From assembly GCA_001179505.1 (NCBI GenBank), contig CDMY01000859.1, forward strand, positions 180,046 through 244,045: a stretch of DNA of 64,000 nt, given 5' to 3'. Of this stretch, positions 12,401 to 24,006 are shown piece by piece. Position 1 is the stretch's first letter. Each line of letters opens with the position of its first letter. Both the position numbers and the translations under genes were made by a program. Source of the stretch: Vitrella brassicaformis CCMP3155. Lineage: Eukaryota > Protista > Chromerida. The notes under the pieces are model-generated. The model had not been told where the DNA came from, searched no databases, and saw only the letters and a program-made list of their open reading frames with translations.

Positions 12401-14511
12401 CTGTGTGGATGTGTGGGCAGTAGCGAGAAGGGCATCTGGTCGGGTAGCCGCTATGGCGACGGCAGCCGGACGGCCCGACCGGAGGTGGCGTCAGCTGCCC
12501 ATGACCAGCAGCAGCAGCAGCAACAATACATACTCTTCGGGGCCAACCCACAAGCAGAGGTACGTCAGCACACAAGAGTCAGCGAGAGATTGTGCCGCCT
12601 ATGCATTGGTGTGGTGTTGGGTGTGTCATTCAGGCTGCGTTTCAGCGTGTGTTGGAGGTCGAGAAGAAGAAGATCATAGACGAGGACAAACGCCGACTCG
12701 ACGCCGTCAAGAGCACCATGCAGGACAAGGTACCTTTACACACACATAGACACACGACCACCCCCACCCCCACACACCCTCCTGTGTCTCCGTGTGTGGT
12801 CTGTCTGTCTGTGCTGTGTGTGCAGATAGATGCGTTGGAGTGTGAGAAGAAACACTACCAGGACTACCTGCGATCCATAGACCCGTGCGCACAACATCAC
12901 ACAGCACACCAACCGCCCTGCACAGCTTTATGCATATCCGCATGTGTGCCCTTGTGTGTGTTGTGTGGTGGTCAGTTCGATGGACGAGCTCAAGTTGGGT
13001 CACATAGCAGCCGGTGAGGCCGCCAAGGGCGGCACACTCCCCAACTTCGCACACCTGCGGGCCTCATTCGACGACAAGGCCACCACCAAGGAAGTACAAA
13101 GAGAACTTGACCGTTCACGGTAGGGAGACACATGGTTGCAACACACCTCCACCCATCCACTCACACACCTGATATCACGTCATTTTGTGTTGTCCATCAA
13201 TCCGTCAGGAATGAGATCCATCGGCTGCAGCGTGAGCTGGAGAGCGAGCGCCAGAAGGCCGCAGCACAGCTCATTCGGTTCAGGCAGCAGCAGGGGGGCG
13301 ACCACCCCCAGCAGTCCATCACGGCCCCCCTGGCCCGCCAAGGCAGCCCCTTCACCACACCCATACCCCATATAGAGGCCCACCTGCCCATCAAACGCAC
13401 CCATCTCGGCGGCCACCATGACTACGGCACTCCCTCACCTGTCATGCACCGCGAGGAGGTCAGCTCGGCGTCGGCGGCTGTGCGTGTGGGCAGGTCGGCA
13501 GTGGACGTGGGCGAGGGGCGCCAGGCCGCAGAGGACATCGACCAACACGACAGACAGGACGACATGTACAAGACGCCAGGTGACTGACTGACTGACTGAG
13601 TGGATGAATGAATGAATGAAGACAGACACTCGGCCGGACTCTTTCTGTGGGTCTCTTGCTGTTGCCTGTTACATGCAGCGTTGTTGCTCAAGCCGGACCA
13701 TCCAGACTCCCCCTCCCCTGACAACGGCAGCCGTCCCCTGGGCAGCCGCCCCGCCATGATAGACATGAAGGAGCCCGCCAGCCCAGCCGGGCCAGGATGC
13801 GCCGCGGGCGCACTCGACATCGACGAGGGGCCCAAGTCATCGGTTTTCGAGCTCGCCAAGAAGTTCGGCACATCCCCCCCGTCGACCAGCCGGCTGCCCG
13901 TGTCGTCATCTGTGGTGCAGAAGGGCAACAACGACAAGGGCGGGGCGGCGCTGCGGGACGTCTCCCCTCGTGTGGGCCACGGGGTTGGCATCTTCGCCAC
14001 CACCGGCCAGCACCAGCAGCACCAGCAGCAGCGTCGGTTGATGGGCGGTATCTTCACGGCCGGCCGCAAGAGCATCGACAAGAAGACCCCCCCGGCCAGC
14101 AAGGGCCTGATGGGCGGCCTGCTGTTCGGCAAGCGCAAGCACGCCACGCAAGAGGACGCCAAGGCACCCGGCGCCACGACGCAGGAGGAGGACCACGGCA
14201 ACCGACATCATGGGCAGCACAACCACATCAACATGAGCGAGGCGGGCCGCATGTCCATCCACCAGCACGGAGAGCAGCAGGGAGAGCAGCAGCAGGGAGA
14301 GCAGCATCAGGAGGATGACGACAACCAGGAGGAGCCGGCCCCCGAGGGCCAGCTCGAGGGCGACACACAGCAGGGTGAGGGGGGAGCAACGGGTGCAGCA
14401 GCGGCAGTAGATGGGGGCAGTGGTGACGGCAAGGCGCCTCGCAAGTCGGTAGAGCAGCTCAAGGAGGGGCCCTCGGTGCTCAGCAGGGCCGCACGATTCG
14501 AGAAGAAATGA
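9440..14511 (+). CDS. PH (PLC-type) + SH3 + coiled-coil adaptor protein with low-complexity C-terminus
   Basis: N-terminal LREGRTFNKVHR...RARILQLAEN|DAILTWKK|VSVASIVAVRPG|KGLTIEY...REWEAGLNILI resembles a PLC-type PH domain. SH3: IVTAIKDF...QLSFRRGDRIDVVEVHPSGWWGG|TGWFPHVF (10575-10915). Heptad exons at 12250-13270 (LNELREGLGSRDTKIAELEAEIRKL; NEIHRLQRELESERQK). The 299-aa terminal ORF ends at 14511. Confidence 0.65.
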
Positions 14512-15572
14512 ATGTGGCAGGGGGGTAGGTGGGATAGGGTGGGGAGGGTAGTGCACGTCTCGGGTGTTTGCATGTCTGTGCCTCTGTGCAATTCACAGAA
14601 AGATAGCGAATCGTGTGTGGGTGAGTGTGCCGTTATAAAGGGGGCGGGTGGGACTGGATGGATGGCTGGATGGATGGATGGCTGGATGGATGGATGGCTG
14701 GATGGACGGATGGATTAGCAGCGTGGCGGGGGATTTCCGCATCGTGAAGATGCTTAGCGTAGAACAAGGGTCTCTCTGTCTGCGCCAACTTGCCTTGACC
14801 GTCTACTCAACCAAACCAGACCATCTCTGTCGCTACCTACGGCACGATGCAGCATTCACACACACGGTGTGGCTGGCCAGATGGATGGATGGATGGATGA
14901 TAGCACACAGGGGAGGTTGGGAATAGGATAGCCGACTGCTACATGGATACATGGGTACATGGGTACATCGGTGAGGGAGACACTTAGTGACACCAGGGCT
15001 GCCTGACGGACAAACGGAACAGGTCATGACATCAACAACACATTCGAAGGGAACGTCGTTGCGCAGTGCACGAAAATATGGCACCAACACGTCAGATATG
15101 TCACTCACAGACGGTCTTGTGTTGTGGTAATGTACACCCAGCGAGCGAGCCAGCCATCTCTCTCTTGTCAGAAGCCCTCGGTGTTGCTGATCCGTCGGCA
15201 TCCCGCGGGAGACTTCACACGTCCTCAGCAGGACACAGACAGAGCCAAAACAAGAGGCCACCGACAGAGAAGAAAGGGCAACAGGCGTCCGCACCAGTAT
15301 CCGTACATCCATCCATCCATCCATCCCTCCATCCATCCATGTCCTTGTATCCAGACCCATTGTCTTAGTATGGACTCAACGCCATTCCATCTCATATCAC
15401 GACCAGAGCCATGCAGTGCGTGTCAGCTCCGCATGGTACCACGCACTGTTCCACGCCAGCACAGACCCGCACTCCACGACTGTGATGAGCGGATGAACGG
15501 CAAAACATAAACCCCCCCAACAATCAGCAAAGAGAACAACGCTCCACCACCTCCCGCCACCACGCAACCAAG

Positions 15573-16852
15573 CTAGCTGGGTGGTTTGTAGGGTCCCGTG
15601 GTGGGGACGTCTTTGCCCCTGTCCGACCTCTGCGGCCCCGCGTATCTGGCCCTGGCGTCCTCCACACGCACGTCGGTCAGGGCGGCCGTCGCCTCGCCCG
15701 GCGGGGGGGTGCCCTCCTCACCAGGCAGCGTCGGCAGCAGCTCAGACATGCGCTCGCCGCCACCCGTGGGTGCGAAGCCCTTGGCCGCCACAGTGCCGCG
15801 CGCCATCAGCCGCTGCACGTTACGACGCCAAGGGGTCACATCCAACTGAAGAGTGTTAACAACACAGAACAACAGAGAGACAAAGCAGGCAGAGGTGTAA
15901 GTAAGGGTTTGTCCGTCCGTGTGTGGTGGGCGTGGCGTACGTATGGGTGTGCTTGCTCGGGTGCTCCGTCGATTTTGGTTTTGGGCCGCACGCGCAGCCC
16001 CGCCCATGCGAATGGCTTCGTGGGGTCGGGCGGCATCTGCGTCTCGTCCTCGGGGACCTTGCCTGTCGGGTTCAAATCGTAATGGTCACCTGAACACACA
16101 TACACACACGAACGAGATGCGCCCACGCATCCATGTCCCTCCCTCCCTCCCTCCCTCCCTCCCTCCGTCCCTCCCTGTGTGCCTTGAAAACTCACCCGCC
16201 AAGAGAGTTGGCAGCGGTAGTCTCCATGCGTTTCGGTCGACGCCCATCCAGAAGAGGTCGTCTCTGTGTCGCGTCTGGTGTTTGGGGTTCTTTTTGCCGT
16301 AGCTGATGTTCTTCTTGAGCAGGGCGGGGTTGCGGCCCAGCTGCCTCGATGACGAGAACATCTTGACGTCGTCAGGGATGGCATGCTCGAAGTTCACTAT
16401 CGCCTTCTTGTGCAGAGGGCCCCGCCTGTAGTAACCCACTGCACCCACCCGCCAGACACACAAAGCCAACACGCACCCAGGCAGTCTCACTGAGAGGGCC
16501 CTCCCCGGCCGTGTTTGCGCTTGGCTTACAGGTCTTGTGCATGTAGTTTCTGGTCCTCTGTGGCTGGCGGACGAGTGTGTTGACCTTGAGGACCTTTGCT
16601 CCGTAGAGTTTCTTGAGGTACTCGCGGATCTCATACTTGGTGAAGTTGAGGGGCACCTTGAGGGCCAGCCTGTTCCTCTCCAGAAACACACCCGTCAGGT
16701 GGATGTAGCAGTTCTGCCAAGGGAAATACACATTCCTAAACACACACCAGACAGACAGACAGCACGGGAGTGCAGCTGCAGTTTTCTCGCGATTGTGTGA
16801 GCTCTGACCGAGGCGCCTTTGGTGGCCCGAGCAGCGGCCGTGAGCTGAACAT
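15573..16852 (-). CDS. MRPL23: Mitochondrial ribosomal protein uL23m with long C-terminal extension
   Basis: Spliced MFSSRPLLGPPKAPR|NVYFPWQN...LALKVPLNFTKYEIREYLKKLYGAKVLKVNTL...KKAIVNFE matches the L23 core. The presequence is R/S/L-rich, and the extension is typical of myzozoan mitoribosomal proteins. Confidence 0.85.
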
Positions 16853-17147
16853 CGCACCAGGTCCCCCGTAGCCGACGGCCGCTCACACACAAGAGGTGGA
16901 GCAGAGGTGACAGATCAGCGGCAGATCTTCACGTGCACGAGCACGTGCATACCACACGGCACCCTTTGCGTCAAAAACAAACGAAAGCGCTCAGCCTCAT
17001 TTCGCGAGCTCAAGCTCGCCCCTGAGAGATCTGGAGGAAAAGCCGATGAGAAGGCTGTGCGTGTAGCGCACTGATGGTCGCCTTGTGTGACGTGATGTAT
17101 GTTGAGTCAGATGTGTTGAACCGATAGATATTCATTGCTCTCCCAGA
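16853..17147. promoter_or_regulatory. Putative bidirectional promoter between uL23m and Sam50 with twin CACGTG palindromes
   Basis: Divergent ATGs at 16852 (-) and 17148 (+). CACGTGC-acga-GCACGTG at 16930-16947 is an inverted repeat containing two CACGTG boxes. Confidence 0.45.
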
Positions 17148-17464
17148 ATGAGTGAGTCTGACGCCGGTGAAGGGGCGTCTGTGCTGGACCAGCTGGACCT
17201 CGACGGGGAGGTCAACGAGGTCACAGTCAGATTTGAGGGACTCAGAAGAGTCGGTAGGTAATAAGCGACGCACACTAACCATCACACACACATAGACCGT
17301 ATCGCTTGGCTGCTGCTGATCTGATCTGCATGCCTCTGTCTGTCTGTCTGTCTGGGTGTGCAGATTCCAAGGTTCTCTACTCGGAGTGCCATCCCATCTT
17401 CGAGGCACGCACCGTCGGAGAGCTCCTCGCCAAGGTCGTACAGGCCCAAAACGTAGGTAGCCAT

Positions 17465-17495
<31 letters not shown>

Positions 17496-19855
17496 TCCCA
17501 TCGATGGCTCACCTAACTAGCCCACGCCCCTTGTGTTGTGTGTGTATGCTGTGTGGTGTGCAGACGTTCAATTCCTTTGGCTTGTTTCGCCGTCAGTCTG
17601 TGGAGCTGTCGACGCCCCAGGGTGGTGCCCGGGGCGACGTCGAGGTGACATTCCATGTGGAGGAGCAGAAGTACGACATTGCCGTGGGCGTGCAGATGGA
17701 CCACCGGCGGAAGCCCACCATGGAGCTCACCGCCACCATACCCAGTGTCTTCAGCACCCTCCAGTCCTTCTCACTCAAGTCGTCTTACACCAACAGCAAG
17801 AGCCACGAGATACTCGTAACCCGACGGATAGATGCACCACACAGCAAACAGATGTGTGTGTGTGTGTGTGTGGGGGGGGGGGGGGGNNNNNNNNNNNNNN
17901 NNNNNNNNNNNNNNNNNNNNNNNNNNNNNNNNNNNNNNNNNNNNNNNNNNNNNNNNNNNNNNNNNNNNNNNNNNNNNNNNNNNNNNNNNNNNNNNNNNNN
18001 NNNNNNNNNNNNNNNNNNNNNNNNNNNNNNNNNNNNNNNNNNNNNNNNNNNNNNNNNNNNNNNNNNNNNNNNNNNNNNNNNNNNNNNNNNNNNNNNNNNN
18101 NNNNNNNNNNNNNNNNNNNNNNNNNNNNNNNNNNNNNNNNNNNNNNNNNNNNNNNNNNNNNNNNNNNNNNNNNNNNNNNNNNNNNNGGGGGGGGGGGGGG
18201 GGGGGGTCTGTTCTGTAGGGCCGGCTGTCATTTCCGCGGTTGTTCGGGCGGTACTTGATGAACACCAAGTGGTTTGGTGAGCTTTCGGGTGGCGTGACCT
18301 TCTCCGACTACTCCAGATTCAGCTCCTACAGGGAAAAACTCCTGTAAGTGAGGCAGGCTAGGCTCTCAACCAACCACCATTCACACACGCCCACATTGAT
18401 TGAGTCCCCTTCCTGCGCGCGTGTGTGTGTGTGTGTGTGTGTGTGTCAGCCCTCTTGACTTTCGGGTCCGGTCGCAGGACGGCAGGCAGGCTGTCGGCCT
18501 GGTGGGTGTGTGGTTGTGTGGTTGGGCGGGTCACGCACAACAGAGGTGTACAGGTGGGTGTGGCATTGAACTGTCTGTGTATGTGTCCGTGTGTCAGCAT
18601 TTGGGTCTCCGTGACATCTTGCCGGACAAGGACGCCGGCAGGAGCGCATCATACGCGTGAGGGAAGGAAGAACTGCCACCCCCACACCACACCAAGCACC
18701 ATGGTACATGTGTGTATCATTCTCTGTGTGTGTGTGGGTGGGTGTGTGCAGCGTGTTGTGCAGCCGTCTGCGGTCTCTCAAGTCGAGTGTCAAGTACGAG
18801 TACACCGACGACAGGACGCAGGACGTCGCCGCGGGCGGAATGCCCGTCGACGGACACACACGACACATGGCACTGGTCAGACATCGATGCACCACACACT
18901 GAGAGACAGACACAGAGAGATGAAGGAGAGAGACCAGACACCATTGCGTGTTCATGTGTGTGTGCAGGAGTATGCGGGTCTGCTGGGCGATGTTCGGTAC
19001 GTCAGGGCTGAGGCGGGTCTGTCCTTCTACAGGTCGCTGCTGCCTGACAGGGACAGACTGGTCGGTGCACTCCCACGACCTGCTTACTCAGTTGACACTT
19101 GACAGTCGCCATTTCGTTTTCTTATGCATGTGCGTGTGTGTGTGTGTGTGTGTATCAATCAGGTCCTGAATGCGTCTGTGTCTGGCGGGGCTCTCTATCC
19201 GATCGGAACAGACGCATCGCCAATACAGGACAGATTCTACCTCGGTGTGTAAGCCGTGCCAGGGGGGCTGGGCTGTCTGGCCGTCCATACCAGACACCAA
19301 CCAACATGGTCTCGTGTGTGTCGTGTGATGTGTTGTGGTGTGATGTGTGTGGCATGGCATGGCTTTTAGGAGAGGGTGCGGGTGCGCCGACCTACCTGAA
19401 AGGCTTTGCATACCGGGGAGTGGGACCCGCTGACCCATGTATGTGCGTACGTGTCGGCCAGCAACACACAAACACGCACAGGGGGAAGAAATCACACTGA
19501 TGGATGGATCGATCGATTTGATGTGTCCATCAATCAATCAGGCATCTGTCCGAAGCCTGGCTCGTCACTGGTGGCACCAGCAGCAGCAGCAGCAGCTGGC
19601 GAGTCCAAGGGCGGCAAGGCCATCAGCACCAAACTGAGACGGGTGAGTGCGATGCGATGCGCAGCCACCACACAGCCAGCCAGCCATCTGTGTGTGTGTC
19701 AGGAGTATGACTATGTGGGTGGGAACGTCTTCTACGGCGCCTCTGCGCTGCTGTCATACCTGCCGCCATTCAACGTCACACAGAACATCGGGTGACCAGC
19801 CAACGGAACGGAATATATACAGCACACAGCGCACAACACGCCACCATTCCCCTCC

Positions 19856-19890
<35 letters not shown>

Positions 19891-20298
19891 TCACTGGGTC
19901 AGTTTGCGTGTGATAGGCTTCACGCAGGCGGGCAACGTGGTGGAGGACCTCTCACGTAAAGCGCCAACAGCAATTGTCCTCTGCACGCACTGAATGCCCG
20001 TTGGATGGATGGATGGATGCGTGCAGGTGCGTCGCTGTCGCGTCTCTTCCAGGAGACCCGTGTGAGCAGCGGGGTGGGCTTCACTGTGCCCCTGCCGGTC
20101 ATCCCCGGCGTCCTCGAGGTCACCTACGCATGGCCATGGAGGCGATACACATCCGACGCACTCGAGAAATTCCAGGTGGGCCAGCGAGGAGGGAGGCCAA
20201 GGGGTGTGCACTGTCTGATGGTGTGTGTGTGTGTGTCGTCTATCCATGCATTTGTTGAGCAGATTGGTGTGCGGTTACGGCTGCCCGGGGCGAGGTGA
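17148..20298 (+). CDS. SAM50: Sam50/Tob55 (Omp85 family) mitochondrial outer-membrane beta-barrel assembly factor; spans a gap
   Basis: POTRA-like start VTVRFEGLRRV|DSKVLYSECHPIFEARTVGELLAKVVQAQN|TFNSFGLF. Barrel strands follow, then FAYRGVGP (equivalent to the Omp85 (V)RGF...GP lid motif, ~19405-19430), YVGGNVFYGAS, RVSSGVGFTVPL and a terminal IGVRL strand. Confidence 0.85.
17887..18186. other. Assembly gap (300 N)
   Basis: N-run flanked by poly-G, inside Sam50. Confidence 1.
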
Positions 20299-20571
20299 AT
20301 TGCGATATTGTTGAGTGTGTCAGGGTTGGGCTTCTGTCGGCAGTGGCAGCAGGCTAGGCTGCTTGTGTCACGCGAATCTCCACACACCCTCGAGGCAGGC
20401 AGGGATGTGTGGAGATTTGCATGGTGCACATGACGTACGCTGGCAGGCCCGACAGACTCGGCAGCCCACACCACCCAGCTCAGAGAGGTCCCTCTGGAGT
20501 GCGTGTGCGTGTGCGTGTGTTCCATTGTGCCGCACCAGCACACACGTGGGGCGGGTGTGGGTCCGTTCGTA

Positions 20572-20608
<37 letters not shown>

Positions 20609-21160
20609 GCGTATTCATGTGCGCGCCATGCCACGCCAGGCCACTCACTGCCGCCACGCCACTCCACTCCACTCTGCTGGTGTGCTGTATGGTATGTGTG
20701 TTGATGAGTTTAAACAAAGCCACCTCACCCACCTGGTAGATAGAACAATAATGCATGGATGGCGTGGATTCATTCATTCACTGATGCATTTATTGCATGG
20801 GGAGTGACTGATTGATTGATGTGATTGATGGACACCGTCTTACCGAGACGAGACACAGCCATCCATCCTTCCTGTATAGACCAGAAAGCCACTTACGCCT
20901 TAATCAATCCATGGGTCTGCATGACATTCCGTGGGATGCTGTTTGATGCTGTCTGTCCGCTGCAAACTCGGACTGATATATACTGCGGAATGACCAACCT
21001 TGGGTCCACAGTCACAGACTCGTGTCTCGTAGATCTAACGCGTGTAACTGTCTCCGCTCTAAAGCACGGCGTGAGCACATAAAAGGGAGAAGCGCTAGAG
21101 CAGCAGCAGCCGAGAGATGAGTACCTGACGGCCTCCTCTATTCTGATCTCCTTCATCTGA

Positions 21161-23517
21161 ATGTCAAGCTCCGACGCAGACGCATCCATCTCCACCGCCC
21201 CTTTGCGGCGCAGAGGGTCCTCATCCAACGACGGCATCCCCACCTCAGCCTTCACGCCGTCCCTGCCCCGCGCCCCCTCAGTGTATCTAGAGTTCCCAGA
21301 GGTGTATGTGGTGCTTGATGCCTCGCTCATGGAGGTCGCAGAGTCGCCACACGAGGCCCTCGATGAGGAAACGGTCAGTGGATGGACAGATCCAGACATC
21401 ATAGACACACAGACGACCTGTGGCAACATGACTGTGTGTGTGCGTGTATGTTCTTGTGGCTCTGTGTGTGTGTGTATGTTGGTTGATCAGGTGCTCAAGA
21501 AGATCCGTCAGGACATCTTGGGCATTCGGCGGGCGATATCGGTGCGGGATCTGCTGACGGGGACGACTGTGCAAATCAACCCGCTGCAGCTCAGGCAGAC
21601 ACTCCTCATGGTCGGATGCAGGTCAGTCAAGACAAGACGATAAACAGATGAACCAAATGGCAACACACAGAGAGCCGAGCGGTGGGTGGATCATGGCATC
21701 GTCTGTCTGTCTGTCTGTCTGTCTGTCTGTGTGCCACGGCGTGGTGTTAACCTGCGTGCAGGCCGCCTGATGCACACGCGATAGTCTTGTTCCTGGCAGA
21801 GGTGCTGCACAAGGTATTCAACCCGTCGACGTACTTCGCCAACTCCCCCTCCACACAGGGCGAGTCAGAGGCCCCCTCCTCCCCCAGCCAGTCGGACGCC
21901 TCATGGGGCCCATCGCCGCGGTGGCGCCCCTCCCTCCCGCCCGACCACCCCCTGGCCACCGTCTCCAACACACTCAAGACCCTCACTTTCCTCCGGCTGC
22001 TGCAGTTCGCTTTGCGGAGCTTCGAGTACTTCCACTCCCACATGCTGCTGGACCTGGCCATCGCCAGCCAGCTGGCGACGAGACGGCGGAGCGCCATCAT
22101 CCTGATTGCGGGGGTGCCGGGGACGGGCAAGTCGACGCTGGCCTTCCACCTGGCCAACCAGCTGCAGATCGCCACTGTGCTGGCGACCGACTCGATCCGC
22201 CACGCAGCGCGGCACTTCTACACCAAGAAGGAGAACCCCATCCTGTATGCGTCGACCTACAATGCCGGCGACCATGTGGACGAGTCCGAGGGGCTGAGCA
22301 AGGCGGAGCGGGTGCTGAAGGGCTACCTCTTGCAGAGTGCCATGGTGTCAGAGTTCGTTGAGACGTTTGTGGCGGGTTTTGTGCGTGAGAGGGAGAGCGT
22401 CATTGTGGAGGGGGTGCACCTGACGGTGGACTTCATGGTGGAGCTCTGCAGGAAACACGCGGCCTGTGTGCCCTTCCTGGTGTTCATCGAAGACGAAGAG
22501 CGACACATGGGCAGGTACACACAGCACACCACATCCGTACTTGCATGCCCACATGCATCCCACCCATCCACTTGTGCGTGTGTGGTCAGGTTTCAAGTTC
22601 GCGGCAAGAACATGACGCTAGACCCGAAGCAGAACAAGTACATCGGCCACCTGCCGGCCATCCGTCAGATCCAGCACCACCTTCTCTCGTCCGCACACCG
22701 ACTCGCCCTCCCGACCGTCGACAACACATGCCTCCACCAGTCCCTCTCCATCCTCCACGCATCAACCGTCACGCGGCTGCGCAACCTCGCGCACAACCGG
22801 CCGGCCTTCGAGCCAGCCGCAGCCAGTGATGCTGATGCCGCTGCTGCTGCACCCTCCCAGCCCCCGCCCCCGCCCCCGCCCCCTTCCACCGCACATCAGC
22901 TCAGCCATGCGTCGTCCATCGACAGCAGCAGTGGCGAAGAGAGGAGGGAGTGGGCACCACCACCCTCAGCCGAGGTCGGGAGCGCTCTGTCGTCCTACCT
23001 GGCCGAGAGGGAAAGCCCCTCCAAATGGTGTCTGTTCAAGCGCATGCTCGACTCGCAGCAGCATGACGTCAGGCACCGCGCGGAGAGCGCGGGCATCGTC
23101 CCGTTCGGCGGGCAGGAGGGCGTCCCTGATGAGGCTGACAGCACCACCGTGTTGCAAGGCGTTCGTCGCGAGAGCAGGTCGAGGAGCGACGCGGACAGCG
23201 AGTTGGAGGCGACGGACACGGTGCATCTGCCTGAGGAGCGGTTCAACAGCTTCCGCTACATTGAGATGCTGCAGCAGGAACATGTGGACGAAGACGACCT
23301 CGAGGAATCTGTCCTGGGTGCGCCACACGCCCACGCGTACACACACACACACAGACATGGACCATTGCCCATATCTGTTGGTTCAGGTTCGGTTGCTGAC
23401 TTCGTGGCTGATCCGCTGGAGGGGTCGACTCTCGAGACGCTGATGGGGTGGCGCTCATGCGATGGGGATCAGGAGGGAGGCGACGCACAAGAGGAAGAAA
23501 CGCAGGGGACGACGTGA
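21161..23517 (+). CDS. 2-phosphoglycerate-kinase-related P-loop NTPase (plant LPA1-like)
   Basis: Walker A GVPGTGKST, TDSIR, ILYASTY, SVIVEGVHL, CVPFLVFIEDEERH and NKYIGHLPAIRQIQ. The N-terminal QLRQTLLMVGC resembles plant LPA1-type proteins. The 576-aa ORF at 21787-23517 contains a small intron near 22515-22590. Confidence 0.8.
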
Positions 23518-24006
23518 GGGTATTGTATCGATTTTTGCCTGCCGAGGGTTAACAGCCATGCCTATTGTGTTTGTTTTGTCCTTGTTTGATGTTCACGCCG
23601 CTTAGGTTGGGTGCTGGTGATGGCGGACCTTGTACACTGATCAGTGTGCAAGGTCTGACGTCGCCAGGAGCCAACCAAGCGGCCTCAACAGGGAGGGACC
23701 AGAAACAAACGGGCAGTTTTGATTTGGCCTTGTCGCAAACCTGACTTGATGCACGATGGACAGCATCCGTATGTGTGTGCATAAACCAATAACGTATGGA
23801 TGTGCATAAACCACCAGCTGAATTGAGACACACAATTTGTTCCACACCGTGGCGAAATCGCTTCATGAGATGTCCTCATGTTAGTCAGATCCCCATGACA
23901 CATATCCACACACAGACACACAGCCACGAGGCGCCGTGCCACGCAGCAAGGCTGCAGAGATGACGGACGACATTGTCGACTGCCGTCCGTCACACCTGAC
24001 GCATCG

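Noticed and set aside
14655-15500. ORFs and (GGAT/GGCT)n tract between the SH3 gene and uL23m
   Set aside because: No recognisable motifs or consistent splice frame; translations are dominated by microsatellite-derived MDGW/CVCV peptides.
17873-18206. Long ORFs and poly-G/poly-C runs spanning the N gaps (also at 28061, 42569 and 52785)
   Set aside because: All four gaps are exactly 300 N placeholders. ORFs through them are artefacts, and the homopolymers probably caused the sequencing dropout.
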